NCBI GenBank assembly: GCA_002256025.1
Contig: NKIB01012883.1
Coordinates: 48,669-68,668, forward strand
Reading direction: 5' to 3'
Length of the DNA: 20,000 nucleotides
Source: Asterionella formosa
Taxonomy: Eukaryota
Positions 1 through 10,247 of the stretch are shown here, in pieces (position 1 is the first letter of the stretch; the number at the start of each line of letters is the position of its first letter). The notes beneath the pieces are model-generated. The model ran no database searches and was not told where the DNA came from. It saw only the letters and a program-made list of their open reading frames with translations. Position numbers and translations under genes: made by a program.

Positions 1-408
1 AACGTCTTCAAAAGGAAGCTGATGATATCAATCAATAGTCCAGTCGACAGCATGCACAGAGATGGCTACAACTGAATCACTATTGGTGGCCGCGAAAAGC
101 ATTTTTTCTTTTCATGATTCCGGCTTGTCGGGCACGGCAACGAAGTGAAGCAGTGCTCATTGGATGATGAATGATACGCTTACATGTCTATCGTATTAAA
201 AATTTTACCATTAGCTCTTGATCAAGTTTTTTTGTTTGATACCCGATGTTCTAGTGCAGGAGACTGTATATCAGAATACAAACTAGGCGGCTGTAGTGGT
301 TCGCAATAGCAAGTGAGACTGTATTCAGAGAATAATCTCCTTTAGTTTCTAAGACATCTGCACCCCTCGAACTAGCTATTGAATTCAGACCTGCCGACGG
401 TTATGTGC

Positions 409-2196
409 TCATTGAGGTGGTTTCAAAATATCATCATTTGTTTCATCAATTTCTATCCACCGTTGATTCAATGGAACCGCCTTGGTGCCAGTAAAGATAG
501 AAAAGAACTTGTCGGCGTTGTCCGCATCACGGAAGGTCTTCCACTCGTTCTCCTCGGGATTTAGTGGATCCAAATTGGCGCGATGCTCACTAGACAACAG
601 TTGAAAGTTGCGGAGATTCTGACCCTGTTCGTTCAATAAGGTATAGTTTCCAATATCAACAGGGTACTTGGCATCCTTAAGGGTTCGTGCCATTAGTAAC
701 AGATCGTACTTAGAATAGTCTCCCTGGCTAACCCAGTATGGATGATCGTCGTTGGTCAAGTAGTCATCCCAGGCACCGTCGAGTGAGCTCCAAGCTTCTC
801 TAAAGTTAGGATCCATGTAGTAGCGTGCATAAGGATACTGCATTTCTGTCAGAGCCTGTTGGATGTTTTCTTGGCGCATCTCTTCAGCAGAAGGAATTGG
901 CGTTTCTCCGAGCACAAAATTTACCAATAACCATGCCATGGCATCAATTCCGAGCAATGGGTAGTCACTGTGGTTGTGGCGAAGATACATCATGTTGGGG
1001 TTGTCAATTAGAAGGCCACGATATATGTCCGGGTATGTCACATAGCCTCCCGAAAAGCTCACCTTGCCTGGTTTTACATCACCAAGACTAAGATTGTTGG
1101 GCTTCATTTTCCAATCAGCTGGTACTGGCAGCTCCTGCTCGCCGTACCTTTCAAAGGGTGCTCGTAGCGAAGGCTCAAGCATATCGAGTTGTTTTTCATA
1201 TCCAGTGCACAAGATGACCGTGTCTATATCGCTCAACTCTCTTGAGACATCTCCAATTATATCGTAAGTACTGCCTTCCACCCATAAACATCTTTTGAAT
1301 TGTATTTTACTATTGACAACACCGATTGGTGTCTCTTCCAGAAAAACCTCTACTTTGTTCATCGGCCAGGCTGAGGTCCAACTCACAACGTTCTCAGTTC
1401 CTCTAGATGAAATATATACTTGTTGTACGCCAAACTTGCAAGCCATTAAGGCCAAGTCTTCTGCCGAATATGATCCACCAACAATCAAAATCCGTTTTCC
1501 CCTAACGTCGTCCTCAAAGTTGTCGGTGTCAGTGCTGTGAATCACACGACCGCGAAAGTTGGAAAATGTCGCTACCATGGATTGCGGAATGCTTGGCTTC
1601 CCATTATCCCCGGCTGCCCAAATGCAAACATCGTAATGGTGTGTCTCCGTGGTACTCATACCTCGCTTCGTGACTGTGACTTGAAACTTGTGTATGTCTT
1701 CCTTCCAGACTACAGATTGCACAGCCGTATTGAAGTGAACGTATTTTTCGAAGAAATCAGGGCAATGCTTGGTCACTCTTTTGACCATGTAATCCAACAA
1801 CGCCCGCCTCGGCATGTATACTGGTAAGGCATGACCAAAGTGCTCATCGTAGGTATGATCAAAGAATTCAATTCCTTCCTTTGCTCCGTTGGTCCACAAT
1901 GCCTCGTACATGTTGGGATGAGATTGCTCGTCACGTGGCACGTCCGAGTGTTTCTTCTCATCGAAACTTTCATCATAAAAGCTTCGTTGAGACCTCCAAA
2001 CTCCACCGCAAGAGTTAGCCCGTTCATAGCAAGTAATCGTGGGAAGGTGTGCCTCATTGTGACCCCCGCCGAGTTGCCGTCTCTTGTGCTCCATAGCATT
2101 GCAAAAGAACATGCCACCAGGGCCGCATCCAATGACAACAACGGATTTCTTATTAGGAAAGACGCTAGCTGTTGGTGGTCCCTTGGGCGTCGTCAT
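409..2196 (-). CDS. Flavin-containing monooxygenase (class B FMO), trimethylamine monooxygenase/mFMO-like, 595 aa
   Basis: FAD Rossmann motif VIGCGPGG; GGVW; MYEALWTNGAKEGIEFFDHTYDEHFG block; FMO fingerprint FRGRVIHSTDT; NADPH motif IVGGSYSAED; DTVILCTGY. Start placed at ATG 2196 (MTTPKG...). The ORF-track extension to 2373 runs through the GGTACC repeat array. Confidence 0.92.
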   Translation of the reverse strand: MTTPKGPPTASVFPNKKSVVVIGCGPGGMFFCNAMEHKRRQLGGGHNEAHLPTITCYERANSCGGVWRSQRSFYDESFDEKKHSDVPRDEQSHPNMYEALWTNGAKEGIEFFDHTYDEHFGHALPVYMPRRALLDYMVKRVTKHCPDFFEKYVHFNTAVQSVVWKEDIHKFQVTVTKRGMSTTETHHYDVCIWAAGDNGKPSIPQSMVATFSNFRGRVIHSTDTDNFEDDVRGKRILIVGGSYSAEDLALMACKFGVQQVYISSRGTENVVSWTSAWPMNKVEVFLEETPIGVVNSKIQFKRCLWVEGSTYDIIGDVSRELSDIDTVILCTGYEKQLDMLEPSLRAPFERYGEQELPVPADWKMKPNNLSLGDVKPGKVSFSGGYVTYPDIYRGLLIDNPNMMYLRHNHSDYPLLGIDAMAWLLVNFVLGETPIPSAEEMRQENIQQALTEMQYPYARYYMDPNFREAWSSLDGAWDDYLTNDDHPYWVSQGDYSKYDLLLMARTLKDAKYPVDIGNYTLLNEQGQNLRNFQLLSSEHRANLDPLNPEENEWKTFRDADNADKFFSIFTGTKAVPLNQRWIEIDETNDDILKPPQ

Positions 2197-2261
2197 GCTG
2201 ACATAGATGTAGGAGACAGCATTGTAAAGAATAAGAGGGTTTGGTTTTAGGTTAGAAGTTT

Positions 2262-2754
2262 GTACCTGGTACTGTATTGAGATTGCAAAGCATGAACGAC
2301 ACATCATACCGTACCTGGTACCAGGTACCAGGTTCCCTGATGGTTTCACAGTGCCGGTACCTGGTACCGGCATTGTTAGCTACCGGTAATACCAGGTACC
2401 TGGTACCGGTACCAGGTACTGTATTTCAAATTCCGGTATCCCAGCCAGCATTCAGGAATGATTGATGTACCGGTACCGATAATAGACAATGATACCAGTA
2501 TCATTCAGCATGATACGACTGAGCTAACCGTAGCTAGTACCGGTACACCGGTCCTGGTACCAGTGTACAGTACATGGTACTAACAGGTATACCAAAGTAA
2601 ATCTAATTTACTATGATAGGTATCAGCAGGGTACGCTACCAGTATACCGTATGGTCTATTACAGTCATATTTTATATTACTAACGGTAGTCTACCGGTCT
2701 ACCGGTAGTCTACTCCGAGAACAAACACCGATAGTATCTACCGGCATACCGGTA
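2262..2754. repeat. GGTACC(W)/TACC(W)GGTA palindromic repeat cluster in the FMO/VPS53 divergent promoter region
   Basis: Perfect palindromes at 2311-2328 (GTACCTGGTACCAGGTAC) and 2396-2419 (24 bp), a 10-bp-arm inverted repeat at 2352-2372, and many TACCGGTA, TACCAGTA and TACCGTA units. Confidence 0.9.
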
Positions 2755-2781
2755 TAGTCATTGCATTTGCTTCCGTTGACC

Positions 2782-5607
2782 ATGTCGAACACGACTACCT
2801 CCCCTAATTCCCCGCACCCAAGCAGCGGCTTCAAAACTCCTGCTTCCATTGACCCCGACGCCTTGCTAGATAGCCTCGATGCCTTTTCTTCCAAACGCGC
2901 TGCCCTCGGGGCTTCCAAGGGCCAAGGCATGACCTTGCCCATGTCCTTGGATCCAGTCGACTTTCTCAATCGGCACTACACGACGGAAGCCGTGCTACAG
3001 AGCCAACTCGTGCCACTAAGAAACGCGGTAGAAGAACGTATGGAATCTTTGGAAGATAGGATTTCTCACGCACTTCAACGCCAAAGCGAAACTGCCGATG
3101 CCACCAAGCGGCATGTTCAAGACGCCAAGGCCAGCGTTGTGTCGCTCGAACGGCGGATTCGACTAGTACAGGAAAAGGCCAGCCAAAGTGAGCGGGCTGT
3201 ATTGGAAATAACAAAGGACATGAAAAGATTGGATTGCGCAAAGCGACATTTGCAGAGGACAATTACGACGCTGAAGAGATTGCACATGTTGGTTCACGCC
3301 GTGGAGCAATTGAGGTTGGCGTGCTTGTTGAAGCCCTTCCCAGATTACAGAAACGCATCTCATTTAGTCGATGCCACACGTCTGCTCTTGAAACATTTTG
3401 AAGCATATACGCTCAAGGTCGAACCCATGAGATTGTTGGAAATTAAAGTCATGGACTTGCAATTAGACTTGAAGAAGGGGATCACCAGAGGCTTTCGTGT
3501 CGTAGGATTTGGCATGGTTAAGGCGTTAGAAATGGAGGGGGCGCCAGTAATTAATGGCAAAGATGATAATGAAGTTATGTCTATCATGACAACACAAGTC
3601 ATGGCAGATGGAACACTGTTGGTAGATAGTCTTGGCCTCGATTCCAGAGAAGCGTTTTTGCAAACCATTTGTGACGACCATTTGCGGCCATATAAGACAC
3701 TCTTTCTACCGCAAGCCGCACCAAACAAAAAATCGAAACCTCAGCATTCCTTCAAAATTCAGGAGGAAATCGTCGAAGAAAAGCCTGCATATGCCCTCGA
3801 ACAAGTGGAGCGTCGGTTTGCTTGGTTCAGGCGCCTCTTGCGAGAAATGGACGAGAAGTTTCCCGGTGTCTTTCCTCATTATTGGAATTTTCAATACGTC
3901 TTAACTAAGCACTTCCTTGAGTTAACTCACAATCATCTACTGGATCTATTTCGTGGACCAACCAAGGATAAAGATAGCCAAAATGCAACACTATTATTGA
4001 AGGCCTTGCAAAAAACAATTTTGTTTGAAAAAGAAATGATGGCATGGTTGCAGCGTGATTATAAAACTGTCTTTTTGTTGCACAGTGCAGATGGAACAAG
4101 GGCGCCAGCTTCTCATGTGCAGGATGACGAGAGCTTGGAGTTTGATCTAGATGGCAAGGCCGTCGCTGCAGGCAGCGCAGAGGGGATTCGTATCAAGTAT
4201 GAACGACAAAAGCGAGATCAGCGAAAAGGCGAAAAAATTGCAGCTGCTGCACTAGACGAAGGACGCGCATCGGCCGAACAAGTACCAGTTGAAACGTTGG
4301 TTGGAATCGCATCTTCTGCCTTTGATGATTACATGGGGCCATATATTGCCCTGGAAGAACAGTCAATGGACGAACAACTCGTCGAATCATTGGGGGACGG
4401 AGCTGTTGATAGTCGCGGTGAACTCCCAGTCTTTACATCATCTACTTCCCTTTTCGTTTACATCAAGGGTAGCATTACACGTTGTACAGCAATGACCAAG
4501 GGAAAGGCATTCTTCTTGCTGTTTCAATCATTTCAAGATTCTCTCAACAAATATGCCCAAGTACTTTCTAGCAAGTTACCAGTTAATGGATCGGAGAAAC
4601 CCTCTGTTGCGGTAGGAGGTCTCAAGTTAACAGCATCGTCGTTTGGAAAACATGCAGAAAATTCCTCGACAATTATTCCTCCCGGCGGGGAAGTTACTGT
4701 CTGTCATGTAATTTCCACTTGTGAATACTGTGTTGATACGGTAGAAGCCCTGCAGGATTTGATTCGCGACACAATCGACGCCGAGTTTCAAGAAAGAATT
4801 GACGTGACGAATCAGCAGGATCATTTCCACGATGTCACTGCCAAGAGTATCCGCGTCCTGGTAGCTGGTTTGATGAACAGAAATGAAAGTGTCTTGAATA
4901 CAATGCAGAACACTAAGTGGGAAACGTTTGATGAAGTTGGAGAGGAGAGTTGGTATGTGAGATCTGTTCACAAGGAGACAGAACCGTTTGTGGCGCTTAT
5001 TCGAGGTTTACTCCCAGCCTCCTATTTTCGTTCCTTTTGCGATAAGTTTGCCATGGTGTTCACCACGACATACTACGAAACATTGATTCGCCTGAAGCGA
5101 ATCAGTGAACAAGGAAGTCAGCAGCTCTTGCTCGATGTATACAATATTAAGACATTGTTACTGAGGTTGCCAGTTATTGAAGCGACAAATCTGAAGTCAC
5201 CAAAGAAGGGGTCTGCTGGCTCTACTATTCCTCCAGCAATCTACACAAAGATGGTGACAAAACAGTTCAAGCGAATTGAGACACTCCTCAAATTGGTAGG
5301 GACTCCTCAACCGTTGTTGGTGGAACTGTTTAAAGTACAATGGGTAGGAGGTAGCGCACTGGATCTTCAAACAGTCATGTCTCTCAAGGGAATGAAACGA
5401 ACAGATATGGCAATCATGTTGGAGAAGCTTGGTCTCGATTCAGCCACAGCCATGAAAGGCGCCACTATTGGTGTTACTGGAAGTTCCATAGTATCTGAGC
5501 ATGTGGCGCAGTTGCGAGAACAGAGCTCAGATGTTGCCGCAAAGGTCAATTCAGATCTCAGCCAAATGCGACAGAAAGTGGACGATTTCAGGCGAGCTTT
5601 CCGCTAG
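2782..5607 (+). CDS. VPS53: Vacuolar protein sorting 53 (GARP/EARP tethering complex subunit), 941 aa, intronless
   Basis: Conserved Vps53 blocks: DPVDFLN, LDCAKRHLQRTITTLKRLHMLVHAVEQL, VERRFAWFRRLL, LLKALQKTILFEKEM, EYCVDT, YFRSFCDKF, QQLLLDVYNIKTLL. First ATG is at 2782. Confidence 0.93.
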   Translation: MSNTTTSPNSPHPSSGFKTPASIDPDALLDSLDAFSSKRAALGASKGQGMTLPMSLDPVDFLNRHYTTEAVLQSQLVPLRNAVEERMESLEDRISHALQRQSETADATKRHVQDAKASVVSLERRIRLVQEKASQSERAVLEITKDMKRLDCAKRHLQRTITTLKRLHMLVHAVEQLRLACLLKPFPDYRNASHLVDATRLLLKHFEAYTLKVEPMRLLEIKVMDLQLDLKKGITRGFRVVGFGMVKALEMEGAPVINGKDDNEVMSIMTTQVMADGTLLVDSLGLDSREAFLQTICDDHLRPYKTLFLPQAAPNKKSKPQHSFKIQEEIVEEKPAYALEQVERRFAWFRRLLREMDEKFPGVFPHYWNFQYVLTKHFLELTHNHLLDLFRGPTKDKDSQNATLLLKALQKTILFEKEMMAWLQRDYKTVFLLHSADGTRAPASHVQDDESLEFDLDGKAVAAGSAEGIRIKYERQKRDQRKGEKIAAAALDEGRASAEQVPVETLVGIASSAFDDYMGPYIALEEQSMDEQLVESLGDGAVDSRGELPVFTSSTSLFVYIKGSITRCTAMTKGKAFFLLFQSFQDSLNKYAQVLSSKLPVNGSEKPSVAVGGLKLTASSFGKHAENSSTIIPPGGEVTVCHVISTCEYCVDTVEALQDLIRDTIDAEFQERIDVTNQQDHFHDVTAKSIRVLVAGLMNRNESVLNTMQNTKWETFDEVGEESWYVRSVHKETEPFVALIRGLLPASYFRSFCDKFAMVFTTTYYETLIRLKRISEQGSQQLLLDVYNIKTLLLRLPVIEATNLKSPKKGSAGSTIPPAIYTKMVTKQFKRIETLLKLVGTPQPLLVELFKVQWVGGSALDLQTVMSLKGMKRTDMAIMLEKLGLDSATAMKGATIGVTGSSIVSEHVAQLREQSSDVAAKVNSDLSQMRQKVDDFRRAFR

Positions 5608-5649
5608 ATCTCCTCCAAAGTTCCCTGTATAGTTTTGGATATTCGTTTA

Positions 5650-6540
5650 GTCTTTTTTGCACTTGAAAATGCTATTAGATCTACCCATATTTATTTTCGT
5701 TCATGATGATTCAGCTGATCTGAAGCAACAAAAAGGCGAAGTTGACAATAAAGAAATGCTTCACAGTCTTGAATATGGGCTGCAAAATGAACCAAATTTT
5801 GGGACAACTAATGCATCCGTAGTCACTACGACTATGCATGGCATAAACTTGTCTGAAGGTATGTCTGAGCTTAGGTGTATGCCCTCATGACCACGAGCAA
5901 TGGAGCAAATAGTACACCAGTCCAAACTAGTTGGTTTTGGTCTAGGAATGATAAATTATTTCTGTATAGCTGATTCCAGAAGCCTTGTGTCAATTCATGC
6001 CTCTTAGCAGGAGGAAATTGGAGATATGGATCAGAGTTTTGGAGAAGTCTACAAGCTATATTTAGTGTCCCACAGTGTACGTGGACATATTCACCAATTA
6101 ACAACTGAATTCATAATCTCCTCTCACCCGTATTTCAAATCCTTTTTTATACCTACAAATTTTTTGCATTGATGACCCTGGTTGGTGTACCAACAAACTG
6201 TCATTGAAAAAATCCGCTGTGATTGAAAGTCCATCATAATTTTTAGCATTCTATGCAAGTATTTGTTGATGTACCGGGTATCAGCAGGCAGCAAGGCATC
6301 GAACCAGTTGTCCGTGATGCAGGAAATCAAAAGACACAGCAAGACAAGGAAGATGCACTTAAGAAGGTTGCACACTTGCCTGACCAGCATGCTCTTTTGT
6401 ACAAGGTGCAGATGATGCCATTGTCAGATCTTCTTCACTACATTTGCATCTTGAGAACTTTTCATCACAAATATTGCAAGACACAAAAGCTTAATGAAGT
6501 TTTTCTTTTATCAAGCTTTGATCAAAGTTAAAATCATGAA
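5650..6540 (+). pseudogene. Decayed coding or transposon-like remnant of unknown family
   Basis: CpG-poor (about 7 CG in 5881-6540 by hand count) with short broken ORFs. Peptide KKVAHLP at 6361-6381 recurs at 14061-14081. Boundaries approximate. Confidence 0.35.
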
Positions 6541-6679
6541 ACATATTCTGCTACATTTTTATACTGTAGTCCAATTGAAATACAGACGAAACAGAATGCC
6601 TGCTGGTATAACAGTTTGTATATATATATAGGAATAAGTATATAAACAATCCTAACAATCATCAGCATTGGCTTTTCTT

Positions 6680-6965
6680 GGTACCAGGTACCTGGTACGC
6701 ATGCTTATCGGTACTTGCCAACCGTATATGGTAGTTCCACTTGCTTGCGATCTGTTCTATATACCGGTATGTACCGTTCAGCATTCATCATAGTAGTTGG
6801 GGCCTTATATTATGTCATGTACAATGTGATTTAGTATGATTCAAAAAATCTACCCGTTACTATCGGCGCAGGGGCCCCGGAGTCGGCTTGTACCAGAATG
6901 TACTTCGGGCATGTTTACATTGGAGCTATTTGTTGAGCAAATAGCCGGTACTGGTGGTACCTGCT
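6680..6965. repeat. GGTACC(W) palindromic cluster upstream of nicastrin
   Basis: 18-bp palindrome GTACCAGGTACCTGGTAC at 6681-6698; TACCGGTA near 6762; CCGGTACTGGTGGTACC near 6945-6961. Confidence 0.8.
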
Positions 6966-7113
6966 ATCTGTTCTGGCGGATTAGAGAAACATTGCTCCCT
7001 TTATATCCATCCTGCTCTACATACATACCAGCTACCAGTATTGGCCCAACAACTCTACCTTGCACACAAGCTAAGTTTGTTCAACCGTTCAACTACCTCA
7101 AACCCCGAAGACA

Positions 7114-9390
7114 ATGCTGAAATCCCTTGCGGTCCTGCTGTCGTGTTTGCTTCATTCAACACGAATCCAAGCGAGTGGCACCCCTTCTCTCGACAAACCC
7201 TTTGAAACGAGCTTCTCTTACCTCTCGCATGTCCCGTGTGTGACCCTCTTTCATCGCAATGGTCAAATGGGATGTGGAACGACCGATCGAACATTGCAGA
7301 TAGGCAATCTGGAATATTACGCCAAGGAGGATTGGTCGACACCTACCGAAAAATACGTTGTGGTCTTGGAAGACTACTTGCTCAGCAACGAGCTTGTCCA
7401 GGAGTTTTTCAGCAATAACAAGAACGGATTGCTTCAAGGACTGTTGGTATTAAACTCGACGAAAGAAGGGGCTGCTATCTACTCTCCGGCAGTTCGGGGG
7501 CCGTCGGGCAAACGCACTCCTGCACAAAAGTTGAACTATGGAAATTCAGCTTACCAGTGGAATATCTACGGAGATGGACTATCGGAAACAGCGCTTCATG
7601 GGCTTCCCATGGCATATGTAACCCAAGTAGACGTCTCGGACACGCTCAGAACGGCGAGTCAGAACCCTTCAGATGATTTTTCCATCGTTGCAGAGTTTAA
7701 CTACTACATGGGGCCCGACGAAATGACATCAGACATATGCCTGAGTTGGGTCGACCAAGGCGACAACGTGTGGCGCCCCAAGTGTTTGCCATTGGGTGGG
7801 ACGTCTGTGTGGGCAACAGCTGGAACCGTTTCCTCGGCACGTCGCTTGGCGGCTGCAGCGAAAGAAGTCGTCATGGTAGCGACCAGTATTGATGCTAGTT
7901 CACTCTTTCATGATGCCTCCCCTGGGATTAATACGGCAGCAAGTAACATTCTTACATTACTCATGGCTGCCAAGTTGGTTGGAGGGATCGACACTTCCAC
8001 CATTGCAGACCTAAGCAAGAAAATTGCCTTTGGCTTTTTCCAAGGCGAAGCCTTCGGCTTTTTGGGATCAAGAGCCTTCTTGAACGATGTCATGGGCTTT
8101 GAGTGTGCAACTGACATGACTGTCCCTTCAGTTTGGAAAACGAGGAATACATCGCTTTGGCCTGAAATGGCATGTTTATATCCTCTTCGACCATCGCTTG
8201 AATTTCAAAAACTCGGTACAATCGCCGGCATGATTTCTGTCGATCAGGTTGCTGTCTTAGCGAATGCTCAGCAGTTCTATGTTCATCAAGACGCAACTGA
8301 TTTTGGTACATTTGTGTCAGAAGTACTCCAAGCTTCGTCATCAAATGACTACTCTGTATCGGCTATACAAATCCAAGCCGACGACGATCATTTTTCCAAT
8401 GCAGATGTGACAGTGCCGCCGACGCCACTCACTTCTCTCCTCTCGCTCACGGGCGGAGCAACTGGGGGTGCTGTCTTGACTGGATTTGGGAAGGCTTTTG
8501 CAGGATACTATCACTCGCACCGTGACACGACGTGGGATCAAATTATTGATTTGAATGCAATTGCAACAGCAGCAACTTTGATGGCTAGGGCAGCGGTAGC
8601 GGCGGCATATGACACTGGAAGTTTTGACAGTCAAACTGCGGCGGCATATGCTGTCAAAGTAGTCCCGGAGCTATCGTCAGACGATAGTACAATGAAGACT
8701 CTCAAAGACTGTTTATTTTACAACGGCGATTGTGATATGTTGCGCAATTATGCTAAAATGGAGCAAGCTAATGATAAATCATTGACTGGCATTGATTTGG
8801 GCATCGGTATTCCTCTGGGAAGTCCTCCCAACTACTACGTGAGTGTATTTGATCTTAATCATGGTCAACCCTTTGTGCAAGTTGGTGAGGCTTGGTATGG
8901 ATCATACACCGGAGGTGATTATGGCAAGAAAGAATCAGATACCTTTGGTATGCGGCCATCCTTGCTGGAAATGTCTATTAAGGGGATGCTCAATGACTTC
9001 CTGGGTCGGGTTACAAAAGTCACACTTACCAATTGCAAGACCACGAGTGATTGCTCGAGAATCGACTACTGTTCTGAGTCAGCTGCAATTTGTTCAGGAG
9101 GAAACGTTTGCGTTTGCACTCAGGCTCACTACCACATCGCCTTAGACGAGGCATTGCTGGCGGCCCCCAACAATGTCACTGGACGGTTTTTGGTGAATGG
9201 CAAAGATCAAGGAATTAGCGGGATGTACACAGAACCGAATTGGTCAAACGAAGTTGGTATTCGTGTGTATCGGGATGCCGAAAATTCGGCTGGTACGAAG
9301 ACGTTGATTTCTGGATTGTTCTTGGCAGGTTTCTGCGTGCTTTCAACTACGTTGATTAGATCCAAAATGGTCAAAGAAAAGCTTTACTAG
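7114..9390 (+). CDS. NCSTN: Nicastrin (gamma-secretase subunit), 758 aa, signal peptide and C-terminal TM helix
   Basis: PCVTLFHRNGQMGC; CLPLGGTSVWA; VVMVATSIDASSLFHDASPG; FQGEAFGFLGSRAFL (equivalent of the DYIGS motif); PPTPL; YYHSHRD; YTEPNW; single TM helix near the C-terminus. Confidence 0.92.
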   Translation: MLKSLAVLLSCLLHSTRIQASGTPSLDKPFETSFSYLSHVPCVTLFHRNGQMGCGTTDRTLQIGNLEYYAKEDWSTPTEKYVVVLEDYLLSNELVQEFFSNNKNGLLQGLLVLNSTKEGAAIYSPAVRGPSGKRTPAQKLNYGNSAYQWNIYGDGLSETALHGLPMAYVTQVDVSDTLRTASQNPSDDFSIVAEFNYYMGPDEMTSDICLSWVDQGDNVWRPKCLPLGGTSVWATAGTVSSARRLAAAAKEVVMVATSIDASSLFHDASPGINTAASNILTLLMAAKLVGGIDTSTIADLSKKIAFGFFQGEAFGFLGSRAFLNDVMGFECATDMTVPSVWKTRNTSLWPEMACLYPLRPSLEFQKLGTIAGMISVDQVAVLANAQQFYVHQDATDFGTFVSEVLQASSSNDYSVSAIQIQADDDHFSNADVTVPPTPLTSLLSLTGGATGGAVLTGFGKAFAGYYHSHRDTTWDQIIDLNAIATAATLMARAAVAAAYDTGSFDSQTAAAYAVKVVPELSSDDSTMKTLKDCLFYNGDCDMLRNYAKMEQANDKSLTGIDLGIGIPLGSPPNYYVSVFDLNHGQPFVQVGEAWYGSYTGGDYGKKESDTFGMRPSLLEMSIKGMLNDFLGRVTKVTLTNCKTTSDCSRIDYCSESAAICSGGNVCVCTQAHYHIALDEALLAAPNNVTGRFLVNGKDQGISGMYTEPNWSNEVGIRVYRDAENSAGTKTLISGLFLAGFCVLSTTLIRSKMVKEKLY

Positions 9391-9499
9391 ATGAATCTAG
9401 ATATTATGTAAGTTATGAGTACATCGGTTCGGTTTCATTGTGTTTGATTTGTTCATGAGGCCTCTTTTAGTAATCGCATGGTACCCCTTCGTCTACCAT

Positions 9500-10096
9500 T
9501 TAAAAAGAAAGGACTCTTTCCACAGCAACACACAGGTATTCTGAGCTAGAAACGTTTTGCAGAGCAGAAGCAGCATAGGCTGCACGCCGCTGCGCTGCAT
9601 TGGCGCACACCAGTTTGAAATCCGTCTGCAAAAGGCTATCCATGACCAATACAATGTGCACATGATGTTTTGGAAGTTCATTGGGAATATTCTTACAAAG
9701 TATGGGGTATAGAAAGAAGTTAAGATCCATTCTTGCCATGCAAGGATTGACCACTCCGATATGATGCCAAGAAGGTAGAGGGATGAAATTGGACGATGAA
9801 GGCATTACACAAAATTCATAAATGTAAACTGACTTTTCTCCATTTTTGGTTCGTCTCTTTCGTCGATTATTCATCAAGTACAAATCCCATGTTCCACGGC
9901 TATGCTCAAGAAAGTGCTGCTCCTTAACTTCAACGACGCGCTTGCCACTGTTTTTGCAACAACCCCAATGCGGTAAATTGAATTCTGGAAGAATGGCCTG
10001 GGCATGAATGATTCTGGCATTAATACCCAAGTGAGTGAGAGTGTGTCTTCCCGTGATGCGAGACCCCCAAAAATCAGTTCTGTGATAGAGCTTCAT
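9500..10096 (-). CDS. Hypothetical protein, 198 aa, no recognised domain
   Basis: Uninterrupted ORF filling the gap between nicastrin and DDX52. The ATG has a C/A-rich leader (catcaacacaaacaagATG) and a GGTACC cluster lies upstream, as for the recognised genes. Confidence 0.45.
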   Translation of the reverse strand: MKLYHRTDFWGSRITGRHTLTHLGINARIIHAQAILPEFNLPHWGCCKNSGKRVVEVKEQHFLEHSRGTWDLYLMNNRRKRRTKNGEKSVYIYEFCVMPSSSNFIPLPSWHHIGVVNPCMARMDLNFFLYPILCKNIPNELPKHHVHIVLVMDSLLQTDFKLVCANAAQRRAAYAASALQNVSSSEYLCVAVERVLSF

Positions 10097-10247
10097 CTTG
10101 TTTGTGTTGATGAATGAAATCAAAATGTGAGAATGTGAACGGATTGTTTGCGTCGTTGCAGAACACGTTCGTTTTTGCCACCGACATCAAAAACGATGTT
10201 TTAGATAATGCATTGCTTTCACACATGTTGTTGTTTCGACAATTACA

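Noticed and set aside
1..200. Possible 3' end of an upstream gene
   Set aside because: All three + frames close early and no motif is recognisable.
260..334. 10-bp direct repeat GAGACTGTAT at 260-269 and 315-324
   Set aside because: Two short copies in a 3' region with no supporting structure.
2197..2465. FMO N-terminal extension to 2373 and ORF 2277-2465
   Set aside because: VPGT/YQVP peptides are translations of the GGTACC array, not protein-like sequence.
2262..2754. CRISPR array or telomeric repeat interpretation of the palindromes
   Set aside because: No constant repeat-spacer period, no cas genes, eukaryotic context. Units are irregular, of mixed orientation and internal.
825..9145. 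Many 60-140 aa ORFs nested in or antisense to FMO, VPS53 and nicastrin (similar ones occur in DDX52 and the channels)
   Set aside because: Shadow frames of well-supported genes with no motifs of their own.
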